From Botryllus schlosseri (lineage: Eukaryota), in contig CM119371.1 in NCBI GenBank assembly GCA_051294905.1, positions 24,120,001-24,184,000 on the forward strand: a DNA stretch of 64,000 bases, given 5' to 3'. The notes under the pieces were generated by a model that saw only the letters and a list, made by a program, of their open reading frames with translations, was not told the DNA's origin and searched no databases. Shown one piece after another: positions 1 to 11,039 of this stretch; position 1 is the stretch's first letter, and every line of letters begins with the position of its first letter. Both the position numbers and the translations under genes were made by a program.

Positions 1-33
1 GCAATTTTTGATCCATCGGTACCACATCTTCCC
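1..33. mobile_element. Right end of a GGGGAGATGTGGTACC-TIR MITE (element continues upstream of the window)
   Basis: GCAATTTTTGATCCATCGGTACCACATCTTCCC matches the right end of the complete copy at 56188-57149. Confidence 0.85.
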
Positions 34-64
34 TGCTGTATTAGAGAATTTGAAAATTAAATAG

Positions 65-1503
65 TCAGAATATTTCTTCATCGTATCATAAAGGTTGATA
101 CTATCTAGTGTTGTGGTTCACAACTTCACATGAGCGTTATATAATATGAGTGGCTTTGTTTGGAATACATTAATGTTAAAATTATTACTGGGTACAGTAC
201 TAAATTCAATGTGAGCAGATATACCCATCCCAATCTCAGTTGACTTATTTATAGTTACACAAAGGACTAAGACCAAATCCAATACCATTAATCACCCCGT
301 ATTGCCAATCGCAGATGTGAATTCGGGATGGTTCGAACCACAAGATATGAGACCGTACCCGATTGTTGTTATAACAACCTTTATTTGACCATGAATAATA
401 TATATATAATATTATATGGTTTATTATAGTCGAATGGTCCTCGAGCGCGATTAAAACGCGAAATATTTACAACACCAACGTTCCGAAAAGACCGACTGGA
501 CTTTGACCTCTTACCAGGACCAAAACTGCTGCAACCCAAACCCCCAATCGGTGAGCTCGAAGGGTGCCCTAAATTATTTCGGTGAATGAAGATAAGTTAC
601 ACATCATGTTTTGACGACTCCCCCACGGAAGAATACGCATAATTATAGAAAATAGAAATTGGCGTCGGCCATTACCACGCCGCGATGCACGAAGACATAT
701 GTAGTTCCGGTCAATATGGGACTCTTTTGACTATATAGCGGACAAGGGGTAACAAAATAACAACATGTAACGAATTAATTGTATCAACGGGCACGCCCGA
801 ATACGTTCAATTATTAATTACGTTGCCTTTATTTACCAATACAACAGCGCACTCAGCGCTACTGGTAAATCTGATTATGAGGGCTGAAAGGATAAAAAGT
901 TCATAGCGACATATATATGCAATTACCACCTATTCAGTCATGCATTATAGAAAATTTGGCGCCTAGGGCGACCAGGCCACACGAACTTTGCTGACCATCG
1001 CAATCACGCGACGGGGTTCTTGGGAGCAAAGCCCCCAGAAGTTTGGTTTATGACGCTATGGATGCGCAAGACAATCGTTTTTTAGGGGGGTGACGAAGTG
1101 CTGTTACGGACCTCCCTCTTACCCATTGTCTTTATTACATTCCTTACAATATGAGGTGGGGGGAATTGGGGCACGATAGTTTTTGGGAGGGGCGCTATAC
1201 GAAAAAAGGTTAAGAACCCCTGGTGTAAGTGATTAACTCAATATATTTGTATTTGAGAGCTACAAATAGAAATCTTCAGAATATTTCTTCATCGTTTCAT
1301 ACAGGATGATACTGTTTAGTGTTGTGACCCGCATCAGCACAGCGACGTTATATAATAGCCTATGGGTTGCTTTTGTATGGAATACATTCATGCTGAATTT
1401 AATAACTGGGTGCAGTGCTAAACTCAATGAGGGCAAAGATCTCTATCACTATCTCAGTTGATATACTATAGTCCAAGAAGGCAATAAAACAAAATCCAAT
1501 ACA
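65..1503 (+). repeat. Two diverged ~230-bp direct repeats (65-290 and 1276-1503), probably decayed XK-like coding fragments
   Basis: Both start TCAGAATATTTCTTCATCGT and end near CAAATCCAATAC. The second copy reads SEYFFIVSYRMILFSVVTRISTATLY on +, similar to AERYFVFVGRLGIFVTRLAV in the XK-like ORF. Both contain stops or frameshifts. Confidence 0.6.
530..1222. mobile_element. 5'-truncated hAT-type non-autonomous element
   Basis: Ends AAAAAGGTTAAGAACCCCTG. Internal blocks (GGCGTCGGCCATTACCAC, CCCGAATA..TTCAATTATT) are shared with the copies at 15263-16410 and 59981-61298. Confidence 0.75.
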
Positions 1504-2813
1504 AATAATATTGTCATCTTCAATGTTCCAAGAATAAAACATGGACATATCAAGGTCGTTTGGCTGTTCGATTGTCACCTGCCGACGAGGCGACGAGAAA
1601 GAGCGCTGCAGTCAAAATTCTAATAATTATTCCTAATCGCCAGACAACAATGCCACCCCATCTTTGTTGCACTGATGACCAGATTGCGTTGCAGTTACAA
1701 ATCGTCATTGACTGGAGCAAGTAATCTGTGTTTGTGTAGGCGCATGGCGGTTAACTCCAGGTATGCTTTGTATTTGAAGAGATTTGAGGTAGCCTGGGAT
1801 GATTTCCTTATGGAAAGCATTTGCGACCGCAAATTTGCAGCATTCGTAAGCCTACTGGCTATGTATTATTTATAATTAATGATGCCGTCTTATGGGACAT
1901 AAAGGGCGTTAGCAAAGTTAGCAAAGTCATTCGCTAGCCCCGACAGCAGTACTATTTAGTGTCGCATTAAGCATAGAATATTGTCACCTTTTTTACCGGT
2001 ATTGTCGCATCCATAGCAAGTAACCTAAGTTATACTTATGAAACTGCTCGGGAGTGGAGAAATTCAGGCGCTTCAATATAGAAATAAACCGGCATTTACC
2101 TATTCAATGCATGACTATGAGTAACGTTTGCTACGAAATGTGGGAAATGGAGAAGGTAAGCAAGGAGTGAGATTACGTTATCGGGTTACTGTGGCATGGT
2201 CAGCACATATAATGTTACGAAACCTATCGCCAGATGGACAGAGACAGAATCCTCTATATTGCTTCCGTCTGCCCAGATGCTATATGTATTTTTTTTTTAT
2301 CTCGCCCACCATAACTTGCATCGTATCCTCTCAGTCCATTTTAGTACTGAGTGCAATCCTAGCTACGTAATTGAATAGGATCATACACCTCATATTTCAT
2401 TCGCTCATCCACGCGCACTTTTAGGACATTTCTTATGTCATAGAGGAGGTAAACACCGTAGATCGGTGGCTCATAACCCTTCTTTGGCCGTGGCCCATTT
2501 TCCAATTTAAAAGGGTTCTGTGGCGCACCTCTTGTAGATTCATAGTCCCGTGCAATGCATGGTAATCGCCGATGCCAATATGCCTATTTATCCAAAACAT
2601 CCGGATTTTTATCTTGCTATAATTAATGTTTAAACCCAGACAGTTGAGGACAATACAATATCTGAATGATGAAAGAGATCAAGGATGTTGGATGAGCTAG
2701 TATTGCATGGCTGTTTCTGGATTCATTATATTCCCTATTTGTAGAATATAGATGATCAAATTAATGTGTTGATTCTACGAATCCGGAGATATCAAACAAC
2801 TGGCAATATTACC

Positions 2814-3776
2814 ATGGAAATCGAATGGATTCGGAGGAAATTGGCTTATTTGATCGATCACAGATTCCTGTGGATTTTGGTGTTAATGATTATGGATACC
2901 GCCACAAACTTATACGCCACCGTACGCTACTGTACGAGCGCAGACCTGCTACAAGGAAAGCTACCATGTATGTTGGCAGCGTTCGGTGTCATAGTGGGTG
3001 TCAGCGTAAATGCAGAGGTCATTATCGATATTAATATGACAAAACGAGTGGCGAAAAGCTCGAAGGAGTGGAGAAATTTGGTCTATCGTCATTTGATGAC
3101 GTCGATGCTTGTCCGGTCAGTTTGTGAATCAATCCCTCACTTGTGCATCAGCCTCTATCTCCTGTCGACGAAAACGCGTCAGAAAATGGGGGATAATATG
3201 TTGACCTATGCATCCCCAACGCTGTCCTTCTGGTCGATAATATTTTCGTTGCATTTACCGTACGAAGAGTATCTCAAAGCAAAAAGCATTCATGCAACTA
3301 CCGCCGAGAGGTACTTCGTTTTTGTAGGAAGACTGGGAATATTCGTTACGAGACTAGCTGTGCTCATTCACCTCACAGTGGTGTTGGAATTGATAGCCGC
3401 TATATTCATTTCTGTCCAATGGCTTGTTCGCTATTTTTTACTGCAATGCTGTAAGGATGAAGGTAACGCTACTTTTTCAGACTGGTTTCAATCGAGGACC
3501 GGTGGGTGTACAGCTGCGACTTACTTCATGCTTACGCCTCTTTTGCCGAACAAATGTAATATCGCAGGCGTACTACGATTATATGTCGCCTTCCTCGATC
3601 AAATAGTGGTAGTATTGATCTCGAATGTTCTTCACAGAAGTCCGTATGCTCAACAGCAATCGCCGTGTCTCATCAGTTTTGAACACGTTAAATCAGGCAG
3701 TATCATATCTTTAGTTCATGTGATGTTGTCTATCTATGTCAGATACGTTTCGTCTTGGATTGATCGCATGACGTGA
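2814..3776 (+). CDS. XK-related (XKR / Xkr8-like scramblase family) multi-pass membrane protein, intronless, divergent, 320 aa
   Basis: Start in ACCATGG context. Multiple hydrophobic segments. XK-like motifs in the expected order: DTATNLYATVRY (cf. D..TD...A..Y), ESIPHLCISLY (cf. ESAPQL.LQLY), SFWSIIFSL, VTRLAVL, LYVAFLDQ (cf. YY...EN). Confidence 0.72.
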   Translation: MEIEWIRRKLAYLIDHRFLWILVLMIMDTATNLYATVRYCTSADLLQGKLPCMLAAFGVIVGVSVNAEVIIDINMTKRVAKSSKEWRNLVYRHLMTSMLVRSVCESIPHLCISLYLLSTKTRQKMGDNMLTYASPTLSFWSIIFSLHLPYEEYLKAKSIHATTAERYFVFVGRLGIFVTRLAVLIHLTVVLELIAAIFISVQWLVRYFLLQCCKDEGNATFSDWFQSRTGGCTAATYFMLTPLLPNKCNIAGVLRLYVAFLDQIVVVLISNVLHRSPYAQQQSPCLISFEHVKSGSIISLVHVMLSIYVRYVSSWIDRMT

Positions 3777-5099
3777 TTGCGAATTCGTTCTCACATCAGC
3801 ATCATCAAAATAAAAATTGTTATCAGCTTGAGTACGTTTGGCAGAAGTGGAACAATTGTGAAATATGTTAGAGATAACCAGAAGGAATAAATGAATATTT
3901 AAAGCAGGGGTGGGGAATTATTTTTTTCCGCAGACCAAATGCGAAACGGCAAATACGTTAGCGGGCCGAGTCAAGATGTTTAGCTATAGATATATGCTAC
4001 AACGTATGTTATAACTAAATTGAAAGCAGTGAATTACATATTACATTGGTAATAAATGTTGCTCAGTATATTCGTTGGTATTAGATAATGAGAAAATGAT
4101 GGTTATTAGGCAAGCAAAACATCAAATGATTTATTTTCCGTCGTAATTCGAAACGATCTCTTCAATCCACGTTTTTATATTAAGACATTCAAAGGTATTT
4201 GAGATACTAAAACACTTATTGTCCTGATCTCCGCCTTCCGAACAGTGTGCGGCTAGGTGAAATCCCCTTGTTGTGGAGCATAGCGAGAATGAACAGTGTA
4301 TAAGCATTGACTAATATTTACTCAGAAGATAGTCTAGCATCCGTGCCTTAAATGTGTGAAAATTCGAGATTTGTAGGCGTATCGGAATCTGCTTTTACCA
4401 TACATCAATCCTTGCCCATTTAAATATAGGGAATCCTCTATCAGAGTTGGACATGAACAAGTTGGAGTTTACCGCGTGTTATGATTATGAACATCATTAC
4501 AGTATCGAAAATAGTTCTGTAGAGATACGGGGCCTCGCAGTTGGTCAATTTTATACATTGCTTTGTCTAGTTCAAAGATATAAATATCGTAGCAGATCCC
4601 TAAACTATAATACCATACTGTATGTGTGAATGTATGATAGAAAAGTAAAGAGTGCGGAGAAATGAATTTGGAACTATTCGGTAAAGCTTCCATAATACAC
4701 CGATATTTCGTTTTGCGCATAGATTCGTGATAGGTTTGTGCCCTATTGGACCTAGATCGATATGAATTCCAATGTACTTAATAGACCATACAATGCGTAA
4801 TGTGACAATGACAACAACAAAGGTTTAAACTAAACTATATGAAAAAAGTGACTTCTTGCGATTTCATTTGCTACGGCATATTTCGCTACGTTGGCTTTAT
4901 TTTGAATGTGGATTATGCATGATGCGAGGTACGTAGACTGCGTAATGGCGTTATATTAATAAACAGGCTTCAGTTGTACGCAATGCGGTTCTGTGAAATG
5001 TGTGTGTGTGACGCACGCGATTTCAAATCGGGTGCACTATTTTCACAGGATCATATTTGTAGTGCGGAGCTAAGATTACAAGGACGAGACTTTCCGGTG

Positions 5100-5900
5100 C
5101 TGACCATTTTGAAGCTGGACAATGTCCAGCAGACATATCACTATTGAAGGTTTTGGCCAACCAGCAACGATCATTTTGGGCCAAGGTTTTATCGCAATGT
5201 TCCAGCGTGTTTGGCATTGCATTTTGACCGCATGTGGATGTAGGCGAAAACTTCATGTCCTCGTGTGTCGGCACGGGCGGAAAGAGCAACCTCAAAATAC
5301 CACTGCACACCCCAAGTTTTAAGCAGCATAACGGCGTCCGGTGGCATTAAGCTATACTAGGAATATTCTGCTCTACCGTAATTGCGAATTAAGTTGGTTC
5401 ACTTCTGTTAATCATGCATACACAAAAAAATACCGGGTGCGGAAATTACGACCGCGCTCTTTCCTTCCATCTACCTTACCCGAGTATTACACGCACCTTT
5501 CCAGTAAAACCAATGTCAGACAAATCTTATCATGACTTCAAACCAATTTGGGTGATACAAAGGTCGGCACATTTTCATGAACACTACGTTGTATTAACGA
5601 CTTTTCTGCGTGTCTCGCTTATCGGCTGGAGTACTCAACACAGCGACCTTGTATATCTATAAACCAATCACAGGATATTGCGCCAAGCTCGTTAAAATTT
5701 TGTTGTGTCAAGAAATGTTTGGTTCGCGACTCGCGACCGATACTTTAAGAATCTCTGCAGTAAAGCAATTAATATACTTTGTACCTATATCTCTACTACT
5801 TGAAAATATATTAAATTTGCAATATACGTGGATTCTGTTCGCCCCGACTCGGTGATGTTATTGAAAGGCGCCAACTTGATGCCAATGCAGTTTAGCCAGC
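5100..5900 (+). pseudogene. Possible decayed XK-like paralog
   Basis: Frameshifted fragments SFHLPY/EYY (cf. SLHLPYEEY), TATLY..ITGYCAKL (cf. TATLY..ITGCSAKL at ~1340-1425, with third-position changes) and LIYFVPISLLLENIL (XK 'Y....LLEN' type). Confidence 0.4.
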
Positions 5901-6957
5901 AGTTCCAATTGCAACATTCCCTACCTCATGTTTCAGGGCAAGTAGCGAGTCAAGTCAAGCAAATTTTCAACGACAAATCGAAAAACATTTCCGATCTCAA
6001 CTCAATTTGAAGTCACAAATTATTCATATTTCGTGTTGCGTGATTCTATATTTAGATATTGATATACATGCATATTGGGTAAAGCTTGACAAACTTGTCC
6101 AATTTGCTACATAGTTTATGCTACAGATACTATTGGTGCGATTTTTAAAGCAACCACTTAGAACTGACGACCGCAGGATACTAGCTTTATTATAACTTTT
6201 TTAGAACTTCAATGTGTACATCCAATATCGCTAGTTCTATTAGTATTAGTGTATGAATTAGGTCGAAGTCTACTGGACTACCAACACTGACTATCTTGAC
6301 CGTGTCTGTATCTGACAGACGCAACTGAACTCTGAACTCTAAATGAGCTGAACTCAATATTATGCGAACTGCTGCAATAGACGACTGTATCATAAAAAAT
6401 TATACCGGAAATAATTGTATTCAGATGTAAAATGTTATGGCAATGACATATCAAGTATTATAGATACCGCACTATATGTATTCTATCAACAAAATGGGCA
6501 TCATGGAATCAGCAGAATTGACATGGCGGAGACAAAGGATTTTCGATAGCTTATGTAAATGAGAGTAAAGGTATGGTATCACAGTAACTACAAAACGAGG
6601 AAAATTATGGTAAAAAAACAAATCCGGCAGTTATATGTGACTGTAAAATACTCACCATTGCGAACTATGGGCAATATAATCGGAACATGATACATTCGGT
6701 TACAACATCCAGCCGGAGTATTGGGTCAGCAACGGAAAATACTTCCATGTTGAATGAAGAATGGATTGGAAATTCGAAACTCATGCTTTGCGTGTGCGGT
6801 TCGATGCGGATAACACAATATTGGAACCAACTTGAATAACCAATTGGATAGTCGTAATGTTTTGAATCCCAACTAAAAACTATTCCGTTTACCTATGACA
6901 TTACAATAAAATAGAACTTTGGATTCTTAACATGGTAGAGTCGTTTTCATGATGAAA

Positions 6958-8079
6958 TTAAACACAAGCTTTCTCCGATTTTAACACATCTTTTATGCGT
7001 TCGATCGTAGCACTCTCTAGATCGCAATGATCAAATGATAAAACACCACCAGAAAACGTGTTATTGGTGCATTTCTTAACGTGTCGTTGGTGGATTTCGT
7101 GACAATATCAGATATCGTCAACAGCGTATTGAGGCTGCTGACCCGAGACAACCGTTCTTGCAACCATCGCAATTGAAAATACGACTCCTGCGAAATATGT
7201 GGCAGCGCTGACGCCGGTAGGACATCGATTTCCACCGATGCACATTCTTCATCGTCCGGGTTTCGGCGGTGATCTGCGTATTTTGGAGTCTGAATCGTGT
7301 TCATCCTTCTTATGATCAATCATCATTACATTTTCCGACTTGGACTTGCTCTGTGTTCCTAATTTCGATCTCTGCATAACGGACTTATGCAATTTTACTG
7401 TTAAGCGGGGAAACTCTTCTGTTGTGGGTGTATGTTGCGTTACAAACAATCGTGAGCCCGAATCGAGTTTCGCCTTCTTTTCATTCCAGCTTGTCGTACT
7501 TTTGGACCCTGATTTTCGTGTTTCACGGACACGTTTTTCGAAACCGTGGCCGGCAGACTTGACCAATCTTCTCGTGTTGACTGGGTCTGCGTCCTTGGCG
7601 GTTACGGACGTCACAGCAGTATCGCGATACGGCGAAAATATCCTCTTCTTTGGTTGATTACCAATGTATTGTAATACGGAATTATGTGGTGGCCCAGTTG
7701 TCAATATTTGCAAAATCGATTCGGTGCATTTTTTAATATTAAGGTCTTTCTTTGAACACGTTGCAGGCTGTGCCTTCCCTCTAACATCGTTTCTGGTGTA
7801 CTTTCTAAAGTCTACTCTTTTGCGTTCTGACATTATCCTATCAGAGACGCCAGACTTCCCTGTTTTTCTCTCCTTAGCTGGTGCTTCTGCGTTTTGAGTA
7901 AGCCAATTTAGCATATTTATTCGAAGTGGTGATAATTTCCTTTTCCTTGTCCCATTCGATTTCGCGTTACCTTCTGTCCACTTACGAAGGACTGGCTTTG
8001 TCACTTCTTGTACAGGCCGTTTAGGCTTGTGGGCGATGCGAACTCTTATCCGATGAGCAGTTACTACGATACCTTCCAT
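6958..8079 (-). pseudogene. AF9/ENL-like intronless gene, copy A (AHD-like C-terminus, truncated YEATS), two frameshifts
   Basis: Colinear with copy B. A +1 shift near 7258 gives the stop at 7249 and a -1 shift occurs near 7075. The corrected C-terminus is YFQLRWLQERLSRVSSLNTLLTISDIV...FDHCDLESATIERIKDVLK. Confidence 0.7.
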
Positions 8080-8198
8080 TCTCACTTCTGTGCGTGCGTT
8101 TTGATACGTCCAGCTCGACAACTATTTGGTAAATGCGAGTAAATCGCCATCAATGACTCCTCAATTATCATCGGACTTTCTTTACTTTCTGTTTGACA

Positions 8199-8297
8199 TG
8201 AAATTCACTCTCATTTGGCGCTCATTGAGATATTGCTAATTGCATATTCAATTTTCAATATGATCTTAGCTGATAAGATCGGAATGGAATCAATTGT
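8199..8297. promoter_or_regulatory. Highly conserved non-coding element upstream of AF9-like copy A
   Basis: 98/99 identical to 30869-30967 while the flanks are much more diverged. Contains TTTGGCGC (E2F-type), TAATTGCAT (octamer-like), GATAAG and the hairpin GATCTTA-GCTGA-TAAGATC. Confidence 0.55.
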
Positions 8298-10333
8298 AAG
8301 ATGTCGAGTCCGTGGTAAGTATGAGCTATAAAGAGATTTTCCTAACGGTCATTAGCTGACGAGGTCGGAATATATTCAATGGTTGTCTGGCCAGTCCAGT
8401 TATAACGAGAAGATTATGACTAACTGGGTGTACTGTTATCGCCATTGTCTAGCGTTCGCGGTTGATTAAGAAGATAGGATTGGAAAATTCAATTATCAGA
8501 TTATGGCCGAGTCGAGGAAAGTCTATTCAATGGACAGTTTAGAATTAAAATGAGGGCATACTAACTATATAGTGTAAATTTGTTTTCAAATCCATGATGC
8601 ATTGTACCTGAAATGTTGAATTCGTTATTTATAATCATTTCAACCATTGACGAAACAAGCTAGCGAGAGTCAAAATTTCAACCATTCAGTTTTAAGTTGC
8701 GAGTCGACTCGCGAAGAATGTACGATTCATTTCGCTTCGTCAATAATGCCAGTGTGCAGTAAAGCGATGGATATGCATATATACCAGGTTATGTACAATA
8801 GTTTTAACTCTACAAAACTGCATTTTGTCACATTCGTCGCGCCGCAGAAGTTTTATTGGCTTGTAGAAATAATGCAGGCTGCAATTCTTATGACAATTTC
8901 ATTTCGCTCTATTTTCAAGACACGTCCATACTGAAGTCACGCAAATTTTAAAATGCTAGAAGTCCAGTCGAGTCACCGCCAATTGTTTGATTTTGACTGA
9001 ATTTCCAGTTACCAAATATTAATCTCTGTCTCTCGATGTAGTATGATACAAAGGAATATACGCATACACGGATAGATCTCGACAAAGCTGTCAAAATTGG
9101 CTTCATATCATCTCTGAACAACTAAGAAGGAAGGAGTCACAGGTTATTCATTTAGGTCGCTAATATTACTTTCAACTGAGTATACACCATGCTCTCAATG
9201 TTATGTAAGTACAATTCAATGTAGGCGAAGTCAACTGACTGAATTGCTACATTAAGGATGTAGGAAATTCCGAACATTTTTATGTTAAGTAGAAACAAGT
9301 GGTGAATTATAAGGGATTTGATCGCCGTTAATACTGTTTAAAATGGAACAATGTAGGAGCAACATTCAATTCTTTAAAATAATTCTTTATATTTACAAAA
9401 CCTTTCTGTTGAACATGGAAATTGTATGCACTCCAACCTTCAAAATACACGGAAGTCGTCGACGTGACTTCGATTTTTACGATCGCCTTCTGAAACTTCC
9501 AGTACACTCTAAATCGAAAGCATCGATTTAGACACAAAATTGTGCATTCAAAGATGCAATATGGGACAAACACATAAAGTCGACCCAAATCTTTCGCCGA
9601 AGTGGTGTCATAATATGTGCAAGTCTACACTTCATCAGATAAAGTTACGAAATATGTGCTTCTGCTCTCATCTTATCATCTGTCGCCGGCTTTGATCACT
9701 ATGAAAGAGTTTACGTATACATTATAATAGTCCGGTAAGTCGCCGCACGAGTTGTGAGATCAGAAAGATTGAGAGGGATTGTGAGGTCGACGCTGGAAAC
9801 GCTGCTGAAATGTAATCGTAATGTCACTGGTAAATGACCAGATCATCCAGGGTAAGGTACGGTACACTCGTGTACCGATCATGACGTCGTCGGTAAACCC
9901 AATGACCCTGGGATCCGTTTGCTCCCGCTGGCTTATTTGCAGGGGAGGAATTAAGCTGCAAGATATAGATTCCCAAATGATGCCGCATTTCTATAATAGA
10001 TGTTGAACGGGAATAACGACTCTCGTGTAAGTAATGCGTGCTTTTAGCCCCGTTTACATATAGCTCAGAAGCAATGTTACCTCTAATTTCGACGAGTCTG
10101 CAGCAAGCGCTCACCTATTCACTGCGCGGTCCCTTGGACAACAGTGCGTAACCACTAAAAAAAGGTCATCTCTTCGGATTTTTTGTGCGCAACTTATAAT
10201 TTATGTGAGCAGAGACCGTGTCAGCTCAAATCAATTGCACACATGCGTACCTAAAAGGGCACATTGCTCAGGAGCCATGAAGCGGACTGCTGTTTCATCA
10301 ATGTCGCTCCATTATTTTAGTGTGTCGCTTTCT

Positions 10334-10592
10334 GTGCGAGATAGTGTAATGGTTATGCGTCCGGCTTCTCGAGCGGTAGGTCGTGGGTTCGATCCCCGAC
10401 CGGGTCATACCAAAGACTCGAAAAATGGTATCCGCAGCTATCCTGCTATGCGCTCAGCAATCACGGATAGCATGGAGGAGAAAAAAAACGGGGGCGCAGA
10501 CTAGATGACCTCATGGGGCCGTATCGCAACTCCGTCGCCAAAGCATCTCGATGGTGCAGGCGAGAAAGAATATCATATCTCTCTCTCTCTCT
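10334..10592 (+). mobile_element. tRNA-derived SINE
   Basis: A box TAGTGTAATGG and B box GGTTCGATCC, body CATACCAAAGACT..AAAATGGTATCC, (CT)n tail. A decayed second copy lies at ~23821-24020. Confidence 0.8.
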
Positions 10593-11039
10593 TGCATTTA
10601 CTAGATTTTGTGAACGTATCTCATCTCATTTTATTTACCTACCAAACTGGCAGAAGAAATTGATCATTTCAACCCAATTATGTATATCATTGTTACAACC
10701 ACATGATTGTCTGACTTGACTATGACTTCCATTATATTGCGTTTCCTCATTATTGCTCATTGATATATCAGCAGTATAGCAATGAAGAAATCAATCAATC
10801 AATCAATCATTGTCATGACCATGTAATTTTGAAGTACGTAGTTTTGTAATCGTTAGTGTTACCTGGCTATTATCAGTGCATTCTGCTTTTGACTGTTGAC
10901 TGAATAAACATCTCTGTATTTCTCTATTGCTATCCCTCTCTCTCTCTCTCTCTCTCTCATTCACGCTTCACATCTCTCGGTAACGGCGGAAACTCAGTCA
11001 CGGTCAAAGGGTCAAATTTAAATGGAGCGACAGGTCGCA

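Noticed and set aside
6480..6840. Separate gene convergent with the AF9-like ORF (paralog 26490-28145)
   Set aside because: Several frames on both strands look similarly conserved and all contain stops, so I could not fix a frame or family.
5900..8600. Endogenous virus
   Set aside because: No capsid, polymerase or packaging ATPase motifs were recognised, and the ORF is better explained as AF9/ENL-derived.
9220..9520. Tudor-domain remnant (CYIKDVGNSEHFYVK, VEHGN..FLRSP)
   Set aside because: Only short motifs with stops between them; too weak without a profile search.
9575..9645. Second hammerhead (CTGATGA...GAAA on minus)
   Set aside because: Extra bases break the stem II-GAAA junction and stem I does not pair.
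10334..10410. tRNA gene
   Set aside because: A and B boxes are present, but there is no convincing acceptor stem or terminator. It continues into a SINE body with a second decayed copy.
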